From Mobula hypostoma (Eukaryota): a stretch of DNA of 64,000 nt. Of the stretch, positions 25,626 through 37,240 are shown piece by piece (positions within the stretch are counted from its first letter, which is position 1; the number at the start of each line of letters is the position of its first letter). Under the pieces are notes generated by a model. That model ran no database searches, was not told the origin of the DNA, and saw only the letters and a program-made list of their open reading frames with translations. The stretch lies in contig NC_086097.1 in assembly GCF_963921235.1 (NCBI RefSeq), positions 91,824,001 to 91,888,000 on the forward strand, read 5' to 3'. Both the position numbers and the translations under genes were made by a program.

Positions 25626-26332
25626 CAGGTCCTGAAGACCATCGCTGAAGCCGTCAGCGCAGGAGTTGAGTGGGCGAAGTGGTCCTGACCCTCCAAGCAG
25701 ACCATTGCCTTTGTCTGAGCTGGGGAACAGCCAAAACAGCCAAAAGAACATCTGCAGGCATTCTGACCTCTGCAAGGGACTAACAGCTGTTGGTAGACCT
25801 CGAATGGCAGCTGAAGTTCCCCAACCATATCATAGCCACCACCCTACAACCAGACATTGTCCTTGTGTCTGAGTCTACAAAGCAAGTGGTGCTGCTGGAG
25901 CTGACAGTCCCATGGGAAGATCGCTTGGAAGAGGCCTTTGAAAGGAAGCTCTCCAAGTACGCAGGACTGGTCAGCAACTGTCAGCAGGCTGGATGGAGAG
26001 CGAGGTGTCTCCCAGTGGAGGTTGGTTGTAGGGGATTCGTAGCCCGTTCCTTAGCTAGAGCCTTCAGCAATTTGGGCATCGAGGGAGAGAAGAAGAGGAG
26101 AGCCATCCGCAGTACCACCGATGCGGCAGAGAGGGCTCAAGATGGCTATGGCTCAAAAGAGGGGAGCTATGGAGTCATACGTAGTTAGTCATCTGGACAC
26201 AAGCTGAGGTCTGAACAGCCCCGGCTGGGTCACCTGGAGGAGGGTGTATGATGTTGAAAGACCTGAAACACCCGATGATTCTAGGAACATCACTGAAGAT
26301 GTGTCCAGAAGCATCAGTAGATGTATGTACAC
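25626..26332 (+). mobile_element. 5'-truncated HERO-like non-LTR retrotransposon (restriction-like endonuclease domain and 3' UTR)
   Basis: QVLKTIAEAV...TTLQPDIVLVSESTKQVVLLELTVPWEDRLEEAFERKLSKYAGL...PVEVGCRGF carries the PD..(E)..K..KY RLE signature. One in-frame TAA at ~25781; a frameshift at ~26136 precedes RWLWLKRGELWSHT*. Confidence 0.88.
26242..26305 (+). ncRNA. Candidate rearranged (non-circularly permuted) hammerhead ribozyme
   Basis: Stem III: GGGUGU 26242-47 with ACACCC 26268-73. GUA cleavage triplet at 26246-48. Stem I: UGAUGUU 26249-55 with AACAUCA 26286-92. CUGAAGA at 26293-99; GAAA at 26265-68. Stem II: GUGUC 26301-05 with GACCU 26260-64. Confidence 0.7.
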
Positions 26333-27029
26333 AGCATTTATAACAAAGCCTTTTATACAGATTAATGCAATTAGAAATCCAAAAGAAAATAAATTTGCTG
26401 AAAATTACATTTGTTTAACAAAATAACAAAATCAGGCACATTGTTTAAAATACTGAGATACAGATTACATTGTTATTAAAAAAAGCAATTTCAAATCCAT
26501 CTTTCTCCTCAAACAAGAGATCAGAAATTGGTACTTGGCTTCTTTAATGTACTTGCATCAGTTTTCAAACCTTGGTCAGTTATGATTTCTCAAGTCTGAG
26601 TCAAGTAAAAATAAAAGCTGTTGCTCTATATTGGGGAAGGTGATAAAGAGACAAGTGAGCTAACCTTTCATGTCATGTTTGATAAGCATGTTGATGTCCA
26701 ATCTGTACAAAGACCATGATCCTTAGTATGTGTTTATATAAATAAAGCTGTACACAATGCTTTTAAGACTGTCAAGATATCATGTTGCAGAATATAAGAC
26801 GGTGCTTCAAATTCCCTAGACAGCAGAATGCAAGGGGGAGAAAATCCTCAGATGCATCAACAACAGCATTCTCCTTTGCTTAAAAAAACATGAGCAATGG
26901 TGGCAAGGTGGCATTAATTACTCAGCCTTAGAGATCCCAAGGGACCAGACAGTGCAGATTAGCGTGACAGCTTCCCTTTCCTTAACAACGTTAATGAACC
27001 AATTACCCATAAACTTCCACATTGTTCAC

Positions 27030-27275
27030 CTTTTATCATCATCACCGTTATGTGGTGTGTCGTATAACATAGGCAATCATGGTGACCATGGTTGTTCTTG
27101 TCAAATTTTTATTACGGAAGTGTTTTGCCATTACTTTCTTCTGGGCAGTGTCTTTACAAGACGGGTGATCCCGTCCATTAACTATACTGTTCAGAGACTG
27201 CCTGTCTGGCATCTGTGGTGACATAAACAGGACTTGTGATATGCAGCTGCTCTTACAATCATCCACCACCTGCTA
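27030..27275 (-). mobile_element. SINE-like repeat with (TGA)n tail
   Basis: tcatcatca tail and internal gactgcctgtctggcatc...cagctgctc segment; family not assigned. Confidence 0.4.
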
Positions 27276-28639
27276 TGGTAAGGAGGTATCTCTGCCCGGC
27301 CACCCAGTTCACCTTTAGGACATTACGAAATTAAATTCCATAATTACTTTTGTCACAATAGGAGCATCTCATTCATACTTGCATTATTTCATTATATTTT
27401 ACAATATTATTATAGTATAGATTTACAATATTGTATAATATTTAAATACTTAAAGTAAAATATAGAACACTGCCGCTGCAAGTGACGAGTTATTCCGTTA
27501 GAGATGGTATCTGTACCAAAACATTAAATAAGAATACACAGCAACAAGAAAAGGAAGAAACTCGCTGTACAGCAGCAGGCACAAGAGTCAGGAGGTATCA
27601 AACTTGTTATCGTAAATATACATCTGACTTGCTCATACCTAACAGGGGAATATTCTACCATGCTTACCTATCCAGTCAGGCTATTCTAGCCACCATATTT
27701 AATGGCATTTGGGGATAGGTAGTAAATGCTTGACAACAACACACATTTCATGAAGAGTGGAAAATAACAGAGGATCGGCCCAAAGTGACCTCTAATTCAC
27801 AAAGGAAAGTGTGAGATTTTATGCACAGAGGCTTGAATTATTTGATTTATAAATGATTTGCAGTTTCTGGCAGTAGGACTGCTTCACTTAATGGCCTTAC
27901 AGAGAAATCAAGTCACAGATGTCCTTTCACATGCAAAAAATGCATGGCAACCACCTACTCAACACCCTAAGCAAATTTTTTTTTTAAGATTCAAGAGGGT
28001 TTCAAGGCAGATTCTGAAAAGGTCAGCATTTTAGCCACCAACATACTGAAGAATGGCAGCCTACAGGAGGTAATTGGAAAAAGATTAAAATACAGTGCAT
28101 TGTTGTCCCCTCCTCCATCTTCCAAGGTATTTCCTCCGGAATTGTTCCCACATAGATGAAAATGTGCTGAAGTTTTCTTAGTGCTCTGAAGAGATCACAA
28201 CATAACCCACATTCCAATGTCCAGATTTCAAAAGTAACATTTTTACTGCAAATCCTGAAACAAGACGACCAGAAAGATTCCCAATTGATTCTTCTATAAG
28301 CTGAAATATGAATACCGCCACACTGCTCTGATCTCAAGATAGCAATTTCAAGAAACACAGGTAACAAGGTACATTCCTGCTTGTGAACTTCAAGATTAAT
28401 AGTTGAAAGGTAGGATTAATAAAGAATTAAAATGGAAACATGGCCTAAATCTCTTCCACCTGGATAGTAAATTTTCTCTGATTCTTTGAAGCTGAGGTAG
28501 CTTATCTCATCTCTTAACATTGGCGCTGATGGTATTGCACATCTTCTTGATAGCAATATATTACATTCTGCAACAAGTGCTTTTAAAGTAACCACCTTTA
28601 AGCAGAGTGTGAAGACAGTGGAAGTGAAACCTTATTGTG

Positions 28640-28840
28640 TTTTGTATAACAGACAGCTAAACGGAGGGCACAGCGGACAGTGGACAACAATTCCACAGCG
28701 CCCTACACATGCAGCAACTGTAGCAGAGCCTACCGTTCCAGGAGCAGCCTCAATAGCCACAGTCGACGCTGCTCGACAAACCAGTGACTACCCGAAGCGC
28801 AGTATGCATGGTCGACCACGACCAACGGAGGCCACACACT
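28640..28840 (+). mobile_element. RTE-clade LINE 3' fragment
   Basis: Encodes the C-terminal C2H2-like YTCSNCSRAYRSRSSLNSHSRRC followed by a short UTR. Confidence 0.65.
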
Positions 28841-28974
28841 CTAACAGACAGCTTCTGTTTTTGGTATGTACTGTATGTCTCCAAGTACAAAATGTCCCAT
28901 GCAAGGAAAGATTATTGAAACACAGAAAAGGATTCAATTATTCTTCAAAACAGGCAGGCAGGAACTTTCAACTA

Positions 28975-30534
28975 CAGGTTTCCCCCGCCATCCGAAGGTA
29001 GAGCGTTCCTATGAAACGGTTCGTAAGCCGAAGTGTCATAAAGCGAAGAAGCAATTACCATTTATTTATATGGGAAAATTTTGTGAGCGTTCGCAGACCC
29101 AAAAATAACCTACCAAATCATGCAAAGTAACACATAAAACCTACAATAACAGTAACATATAGTAAAAGCAGGAATGATACAATAAATACACAGTCTATAT
29201 ACAGTAGAAATACTTTTCTACAATCATTATTGAACTGTTCTCCGTAGCGAAAATCTCACGCAAGCGCCATTGGCAGCAAATCTCACGCAAGCGCCGCCGG
29301 CAAAAACATGGCGCAAGCGCCCTCCAGTAACCTTTAAGCTATGAAGCTGCCAAATCATACCAAATAACACATAAAAATACACAGCCTATATAAAGTGGAA
29401 ATAACGTATGTACAGTGTAGTATCACTCACCGGAATCGGGAAGACAGCGCAGAGCACACTGATGATCGTGTGTTAGGCTGAGTCGGAGTTTGGGTGGTGC
29501 AGTGGCCCCCACCCTCCAGGCCGCCGAGCGATACATTGCCGCGAAGCATGTAAGAGTGCAGTGGTAGCCGGGAGGCACACAGCACATCTTTAAGAAAAAA
29601 GCCGAAACAAACATGCTAATTAATTAGGTGACACCCGGCACATAATTGTTGGCCCAGATCATTGCCGATTTCCGATTGCATTGTCCCTGATCTGGGCCGA
29701 CAATTACGTGTCGGCGGCACCTAATTAGTTAGCATGTTTATTTCGGATTTTTTCTTAAAGATGTGCTGTGTGCCTCCCGGCTACCGTTGCATTCTCCGCG
29801 AGTCAGTATCTGTACGTGGCCTGGGGGTTGGGGTGGTGGGACACTGGGGTGTCATCTCGTCATCGTCTGTTTCCATTAGAGCAGGCAGCTCATCTTCTTC
29901 TATCTCTGCCCGCCTCGATGTCAAAGGTCGAGGTTCATCGTCTGCTGTGGAAGGTTTGCTTGACTGCTGAGCCTCGTGCATTTTTCTATCACACAGTTCT
30001 TTATAAGGACTTAAACCATCCTGCAAATATCCCCTAAATTGACGTACCCTTTCAAAATTAAAGTCGTACTTTATCATTACTCATTCGGTTTCGATCGTTA
30101 TCCTTTTTTCTTCCAATTGCATCAGCTCTCCACCTGTCAGTTCTTGGTCATGGGATGCCAAAACCTCTTCAACATCATGTTCGTCAGCTTCCACAAGCCA
30201 AACTCACCTTGTCCTTACTTCGTTCACTGTGATCAAAACGCTTAATTATGTCTAGCTTTGCGCTAAGTGTAACACCCTTATGAGCTCTTTTAGGCTTTTC
30301 CAATACCTTGGCACTCATCTTGAAAACGGCTGCTCACAGGCACGTGTTTAAGCAATGCCGGCGAGAACCCGGGGGGAGCAGCTGCTCGGGGTGCATGCTG
30401 CCTTTTATCGCGCGCTGCTTTTTTTTCCCGTAACAGTGAAAACACCTTCTGAAAGTGAAAACAGGGTACTAATGTAGGTCTTTCGTAAAAGTGAGGTTTC
30501 GTAAAGCGAACGTTCGAAAAGCGGGGGACACCTG
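28975..30534 (-). mobile_element. Internally deleted Tigger/pogo DNA transposon
   Basis: TA target duplications at 28973-74 and 30535-36. TIRs CAGGTTTCCCCCGC.. / CAGGTGTCCCCCGC... N-terminal HTH remnant MSAKVLEKPKRAHKGVTLSAKLDIIKRFD (ATG at 30318) joined to a C-terminal remnant VEADEHDVEEVLASHDQELTGGELMQLEE...DFNFER. Confidence 0.88.
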
Positions 30535-31159
30535 TAACAGACATCCAAGTTTTGACTGCAAGTATTTGGGTAACAGCTCCAAATGAAAATACCTTAAAAA
30601 AAATAAGCTATCTTGTACCAGATTTTTAGAACCAAGCTACAGAAATGCAATATGTGGAATTGCACCTGATGTATTCACTCTGACAGCAACTGCTAATTTG
30701 CATGCAGGTTTGTTGCCAGAGTGCACTGTACTTCCTGTTAACTCATTTTGCTGCTGAATATATTTATGTCTTCATCTTGCATAGTTTACTTAGAAAGCAA
30801 TAAAGGTTATGATACAACATTCTCAATTACTGTCTTGGGTCATGAGCAGTAACCTTGGTTCAGTGGTGGTAAAATTACTCAATGGTCTGTGGATTCAAGC
30901 CTTCAAGACTTGAGGACTAATCAGATCAGAAGGCGCTATCCTTCAAAAGCAGCATGAAATTAATGTTTTGACTGCCTTCTCTGATGGAGATAGGAAAATT
31001 CATGTGGCATTCAAAAGCAGTCTGGTCAAAACTTTGCCCTAAACTGCTGTCACTCACAATAAAGGAATAAACTGTGTAATGCATTTTCATTCTTACATCC
31101 ATAGCAATGTGTTAAGTAGTTTTCAATTACATTTCTTAAAACTAATAGCGCTGTGGCCA

Positions 31160-32720
31160 CTCATGTGCCCTCCTGAGATGGTACACTACTACAATAATTG
31201 AGGGGCTTCCTCATCCAAACTGGCCCCTCCAAACCCGTGCGGTGGCTGCACCAAGCTTCACTGCGTCCCTCAGCGCATGCCCCTGCAGTCTTGAATGCGC
31301 CAGTCGGCAGCATTTCACAACTGACATCTCGATGCATTGGAATGCCAACAGGTTTCAGGCAAAACAACTAGTGCCTTTCACTGAGTTGATGATTTTCCAG
31401 CAGCACTTGACGCCCATTGTGTGTGTCCCTGGGTATAGATCAGACAGTCCTTTGTCATGCAACTGCTCGGGATGAACCATAACACAGGTTCCTGCATCTT
31501 TCTCCATACCCTCTTTGTAAACCCACAGACCACAATAAGCTAAACTACCATCTCAACCTCACTACTGTCCTCTTGGGAGCAGCATGTGGTGGGAGTGATG
31601 GTCTGGGTATGCAGGAAGGATCTGATTGGGAGGACCCTCTCAACACTAGCCAGGCAAGGCCTTAGTGCACGTTGGTGAGATCTGGTAATGAGCCATTCTG
31701 CCAGATGGCCGAGGCAGTCTGCTCAGGGAATCACCCCACTGTATCCATTGAGTCCTTCTCCTGCAGCATCTGCAGGACATGGTGTGCTGACCACTGCCTG
31801 ATGGATTTCTTGTCAAAAGTGTTGGTCTGAAAGAACTTTTCCATGAAGAACAGGTAGTATGACAACATCCAGCTGGCTAGGATATTGCATAGCAATGGGG
31901 CTAGATCCATCTTTCGTAACAATGGGGACAGATAAAACCTTGGCATTAGTGTTACTTGGTGTCCACAACCTTAGATTCTACACACAGCGCGATGCAGCCA
32001 CACACAAACTTGTCATCAAGGGGAAGACGACTTTGCCTTATTCTCCAGGGTCTTTTACAAAGTGATCACTGCAACTCACTCCGCGCTGGATCCCTAGATA
32101 AGCCTGAACATGACCCGGGTAATTTCCAAGCTGGAGGAGAGGGGGACAGACCACACCTGCACCAAGTATAGCAAGCCTCACACCACCTCACACTGATGAC
32201 CAGTTTCTTTCCTGTTATCGAAAGAGACACAGTCTTCCCCACAGTCCCAATTTCTGTTATACCTTCCCAACCAGCTCCAGCCAATTCTTGGTGCAGGCCT
32301 TAGCCCCTCCAAACCATATCTCCAGCACCTTCAAGCAATCAGAACCAACACTGAAGGTGACACTGGATCAGTTGGGACAGTTGCCAAAGAGCATGGCATC
32401 GCTCTTCCTGCAGTTCACCTTGGTCCCCAATGCCAACTCAAATTCATCGCAGACGCTAATCAATCTGTGAACTGACTTCACATCTGAGCAGAAGGCAGAG
32501 AGGTCATCCATGTACAGAGAGATTTTCACCTGGGATCCTCCACTGGAGGCAATTCACCCTCCTATGCTCTTCCTGACGGCTTTGGCAAAGGGTTCTACAC
32601 ACCACACAAAGAAGACAAGGGAGAGTAGGCGACCCTGCCTGACTTCAGATTTGATGGGGAATCTATGGTTCCCACACATTGATTTGGACTGCACTACAAG
32701 TATCTGTGCAGAGCAGTTAA
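31160..32720 (-). mobile_element. Decayed L1/Tx1-clade LINE RT region
   Basis: FPIKSEVRQGRLLSLVFFVWCVEPFA (a GVRQGCPLSP..EP relic) and LYMDDLSAF. Confidence 0.75.
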
Positions 32721-32939
32721 ATCTAATTCCTGATTCCCACCCCCCCCCCGCCTCCGAACACCAGAGCCCATTATGGAGAGCATGTCTGTCACATATGTGT
32801 GTGATATCCTGTCATAAGCTTTCTCCTCGTCCTAGCTGACCAGGCAGGCATCCACCACCTGCCCCCGCCCCCACCCTGTAGGTAGGCAATAGTATCCCTG
32901 CATAGCACAAAGCTGTCAAAGATCTTTCTGGACACCAGA

Positions 32940-33370
32940 TCCAACCAGCTCCCCTCCACCACCACTCTCCTCCTTCTGGTGGAACTTGTCCTCACTCTCA
33001 ATTTCGCCTTTGGCTCCTCACACTTCTTTCAAACACCTCCTTATCTCCTTACCTACCCATCACCTCCTTCTGATGCTCTCCCCTTTTTCTTTCTTCCATG
33101 GCCTTCGGTCCTCTCCTATCAGATTCCTACTTCGCCAGCCCTGTATCTCTTTCACCAATCAACTTCCCAGCTCTTTACTTCACTCCTCCCCCATCCCGGT
33201 TTCACCTATCACCTTGTGGTTCTTCCTCCCCTCCCCCCACCTTCTAACTCTGACTCCTCATCCTTTTTTCTTCAGTCCTGATAAAGAGTCTTGGTCCAAA
33301 ATGTCAACTATACTCTTTTCCATAGATCCTGCTTGGCCTGATGAGTTCCTCCAGCATTTTGTGTGTGTTA
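32940..33370 (+). mobile_element. Internally deleted Penelope-like element
   Basis: RT fragment TTTLLLLVELVLTLNFAFGSSHFFQT joined to the UTR and a degenerate hammerhead at ~33273-33310. Confidence 0.75.
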
Positions 33371-33809
33371 CTTCAGATCTTAATCTGAAATGAAAACTGC
33401 TGAAAACACTCAGCAGGTCAAGCAACATCTGCACAGAAGAGATATTACATGTTTTTGGTCAACAACTTTGATCAGAATTGATAAAAGGGTGTCAATCCAA
33501 AACACAATATTAATTCTAATCTCTCCATAGATGTTATAGACCTACTAAGTATTTACTCACATGACCAAATAGCACTGGGATCAAGTTTGAAAGGATAGAC
33601 AGTCTTTCCTATTTGAGAGCCAATTAACATTTATGCTTGACCTCTTATTCTATTAAAATTACAAACTTTCACTCACCACCAATTTGATATCCCTTCTCCT
33701 TCTGTCTAAAATTGTTTTGACCTAGAAAGCACATTAATATTTGTCCACTGGAGAGCCCAGTTGGGTGCTCAATTGAATTCAACAGTTTAGATTTCCTATA
33801 GTAGAATGG

Positions 33810-34306
33810 CATTTACTTTACTTTATTGTTGCCGAACAATTGATACCAGAGCGTACAATCATCACAGCGATATTTGATTCTGCGCTTCACGCTCCCTGGA
33901 TTACAAATCGATAGTAAATATTAAAAATTTAAATTATAAATCATAAATAAAAAATAGAAAAAGTAAAGTAAGGTAGTGCAAAAAAGATCGAGAGGCAGGT
34001 CCGGATATTTGGAGGGTACGGCCCAGATCTGGGTCAGGATCCGTTCAGCAGTCTTAACACAGTTGGAAAGAAGCTGTTCCCAAATCTGGCCTTACAAGTC
34101 TTCAAGCTCCTGAGCCTTCTCCCTGAGGGAAGAGGGACGAAAAGTGTGCTGGCTGAGTGGGTCGTGTCCTTGATTATCCTGGCAGCACTGCTCTGACAGC
34201 ATGCGGTGTAAAGTGATTTCAAGGACGGAAGATTGGTTTGTGTAATGTGCTGCGCTGTGTTCACGACCTTCTGTAGCTTCTTCCGGTCTTGGACAGGACA
34301 ACTTCC
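33810..34306 (-). mobile_element. Rex1/Babar-type LINE 3' fragment
   Basis: QDRKKLQKVVNTAQHITQTNLPSL...RIIKDTTHSASTLFVPLPSGRRLRSL...NSFFPTVLRLLN, with a (GTAAA)n tail. Confidence 0.85.
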
Positions 34307-34864
34307 ATTTGGAAGCATTATATGACATTCGTACATAGTTAGAGGGCCAATGGGGCAGGGGTTTATTTTCCCTGACATTATGGATGGACCAGAAGCCATT
34401 TAAACTTCTTTTCTCCCAGTAAGTCAAAAGGGAAGGAATGAAAAATAAAATATGAAACAAAGGTGTTAAAGCCATAAGCACTTTTATCTCTGATTTTATA
34501 TCCAGTTTTCAGCCAAATCTAGCTCATTGATAGCACATGTCAAAATGTTGCAAAGAAGATTGGCACTGTTATTAAGACACCTTTTTGAAACATTAAAGAA
34601 AGAGCCCATCTGTCCTCTCAAGTGTGTGTAAAAGGCCCCACTGCACACTTTGAAGCACAACAGAGGAGCTCTTCCAGTTCCTCGACAATGTGTGTCCTTA
34701 CTTAACATTATTATAATGTGATCTTATTACTTGTAGAAACTTGCTGCATGCAAACTGGTTCCTGCATTTTTCCACAGATCAAAGGTGGTGACAGTTATGT
34801 CTAGATACTGCTCATAGGGCTAAATATATATTAACAAATTATTCTGCCCTGTTTATTTAATAGA

Positions 34865-36002
34865 TTATATAAGCACACAATCATACCCTCAGTTCTATTC
34901 AAAAGCTCCAAAACTGAACCTCTGTACCTCCCTCTACAACTAGATCCTCGACTTCCTCACCAGGAGACCAGTCAGTGTGGATTGGAAATAACATCTCCTC
35001 CTTGTTAACAATCAACATAGGCACACCTCAAGGATGCATGCTTAACCCACTGCTCTACTCTCTCTACATCCACGATTACTTTATTGTCACCAAACAATTG
35101 ATACTAGAGCGATATCTGATGCTGATATTTGATTGTGTGGCTAGTCACAATTCAAATGGCATCTATAAATTTGCCGATGACACAACTGTTGTTTCAGAAT
35201 TTCAGATGGTGACGAGGAAGCGTGCAGGAGAGAGAAAGATCTGCTGGTTGAGTGGTGTTGCAGCAACAACTTTACCCTCAATGTCAGCAAGACCAAGGAA
35301 TTGATTGTGGACTTCAGGAAGGAGAAGTCAAGAGAACACACACCAGTCTTCATCAAAGGATCAGAAGTGGAAAGGGTAAACAGTTTCAAGTTCCTGTGTG
35401 TCAACATCTCTGAGGATCTACCCTGGGCCCAACAGATTTATGCAATTACAGAAAGGCACAACAGCGGCTACATTTCATTAGGTGTTTGAGAATTGGTATG
35501 TCACCAAAGACACACACAAATTTCAACAGATGTACCTTGAAGTGATTTCTAACTGGTTGCATCACCATCTGGTAGCGAGGGGTCACTGCACAGAATTAGA
35601 AAAGCTGCAAAGTTGTAAACTCAGCCAGCTTCATCACGGCTACTAGCCTCCCAGCATCCAGGACACCTTCAAAAGGCGATGCCTCAGAAAGGCAGCATCC
35701 ATCATTAAGGACCCCATTCAAACAGGACATGCCCTTTTCTTATTGTTACCATCAAACAGGAGGTACAGGAGCCTGAAGACACACACCCAACATTTCAGGA
35801 ACAGCTTCTTCCCCTCCATCATCAGATTTCTGAACTGACAATGAACACTATCTCAGTAGTTTTTCCCTCTCTGTTTCACCTATTTATCTTTTTATAAATA
35901 TTTCTTATTGCAATTTATAGTTATTATGTATTGCAATGTGTTGCTGCGACAAAACAACATATTTCATGACATATGATCGTGATATTAAACCTGGTTCTGA
36001 TT
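34865..36002 (+). mobile_element. Rex1/Babar-type LINE (RT and 3' end)
   Basis: GTPQGCMLNPLLYSLY, KFADDTTVV, KTKELIVDFRK, VERVNSFKFL. Confidence 0.88.
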
Positions 36003-36933
36003 TAGATCACATAATTTGAGGAGAAACATCCACCCAGCCTAAAAATAGGAAATTATGTACTAAATATTTGCAAATTAAAAACAATTTTTTCATCAGCACC
36101 ATACCGGTGCCTTGTAAGCAAAATAACAAAAACATTTAACTCATTGCAACCAAACCGGTCAGTTTCCCAGCTCTGTATGTGCCATGAATCCGATCTTTCT
36201 TCCTCAAAATAATTAAAATCCATCTTAAAACCTGGACCCACAATCACGTGGGATTTAGCCACAAATGAGGTGCCACCACCACAGATGATCTCATCTGGCA
36301 ATACTAGCAGCAGAAAAACAAAAGTATGCCATTCAGTTGAGAGTCCAATCTGTCATTCAGTTAGATAATGACTGCACTGTGCCTCCACTCAATTTACTCA
36401 TATGAGACCCAGGTCCAACACAAATCTTGACCTCATAGCCAATAATAGCTCTAATTGGCCTAAAAATTTTCTGGCTGAATAAGAAATAGTTCTACAGGAA
36501 GAGCAAACAACTGAACAGAAAATACCACCTGGGAACTATACTTGTGAAATACAAAAGATCTACAACTTTTGTAAACTTTAATTTATTGATTATGCAATCA
36601 GGCAAACTATGTTTAATCCAATTGTGTATTAAGTGACATTACTTCAATTGCCTAACTCAGAGGATTGCAATGATGCTGCTACACCAAAAACTAAAACAAG
36701 TACACAAGTACACATTTGAGGTTTGAATGTTTAATTCCTCTTTGTAACCATCAACTCAGCTACAAATTATTCTGCAGAAATTGCCTGTATTGCTTAAAGG
36801 TTAAAAACAGTTGCAAATGCTAATTGCATTTAACACTATTGTCTGAAAGTAAAATTAAATCAAGACAAAATGAAACACAAGAACTATTACAGCTAAATAC
36901 AGATTCTCGCCTTTTCAGCTTTTCCATCTACTG

Positions 36934-37014
36934 CAGAGGTTCTCAACATTTTTTTATGCCATGGTCTCTTACCATTAGCTGAGGGGTCCGTGGATTCCAG
37001 GTTGGGAACCCCTG
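36934..37014. mobile_element. 81-bp hAT/Charlie-type MITE
   Basis: TIRs CAGAGGTTCTCAAC / GTTGGGAACCCCTG; 8-bp TSD ATCTACTG / ATCTACTA. Confidence 0.8.
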
Positions 37015-37024
37015 ATCTACTATG

Positions 37025-37240
37025 CCTTACAATTGTTGCTGTTGTTCCTTTCTGCACCTTGTGGCACATCGGGTGGCAACCTTGCTGTTTCTTTAGCATT
37101 TTTGTCTGTTTTTTTAAAAGGCCGAGTTGCAAGCTCAATGCTCAACACAGCACAAATGGAAAGCACGCAAGAGGCCAGCCGGATTTGAACCCGGGACCAC
37201 TCGCTTTGAAGTCTGGTGCAGGTGCCATTATCAGTGGCCG
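37025..37240 (-). mobile_element. tRNA-derived SINE
   Basis: B box GGTTCAAATCC on the minus strand near 37180-37192, within a tRNA-like head. Confidence 0.55.

Noticed and set aside
29250..29320. Short direct repeats (aaatctcacgcaagcgcc) resembling a CRISPR-like array
   Set aside because: Only 2-3 degenerate units inside a eukaryotic Tigger element; no spacers or cas genes.
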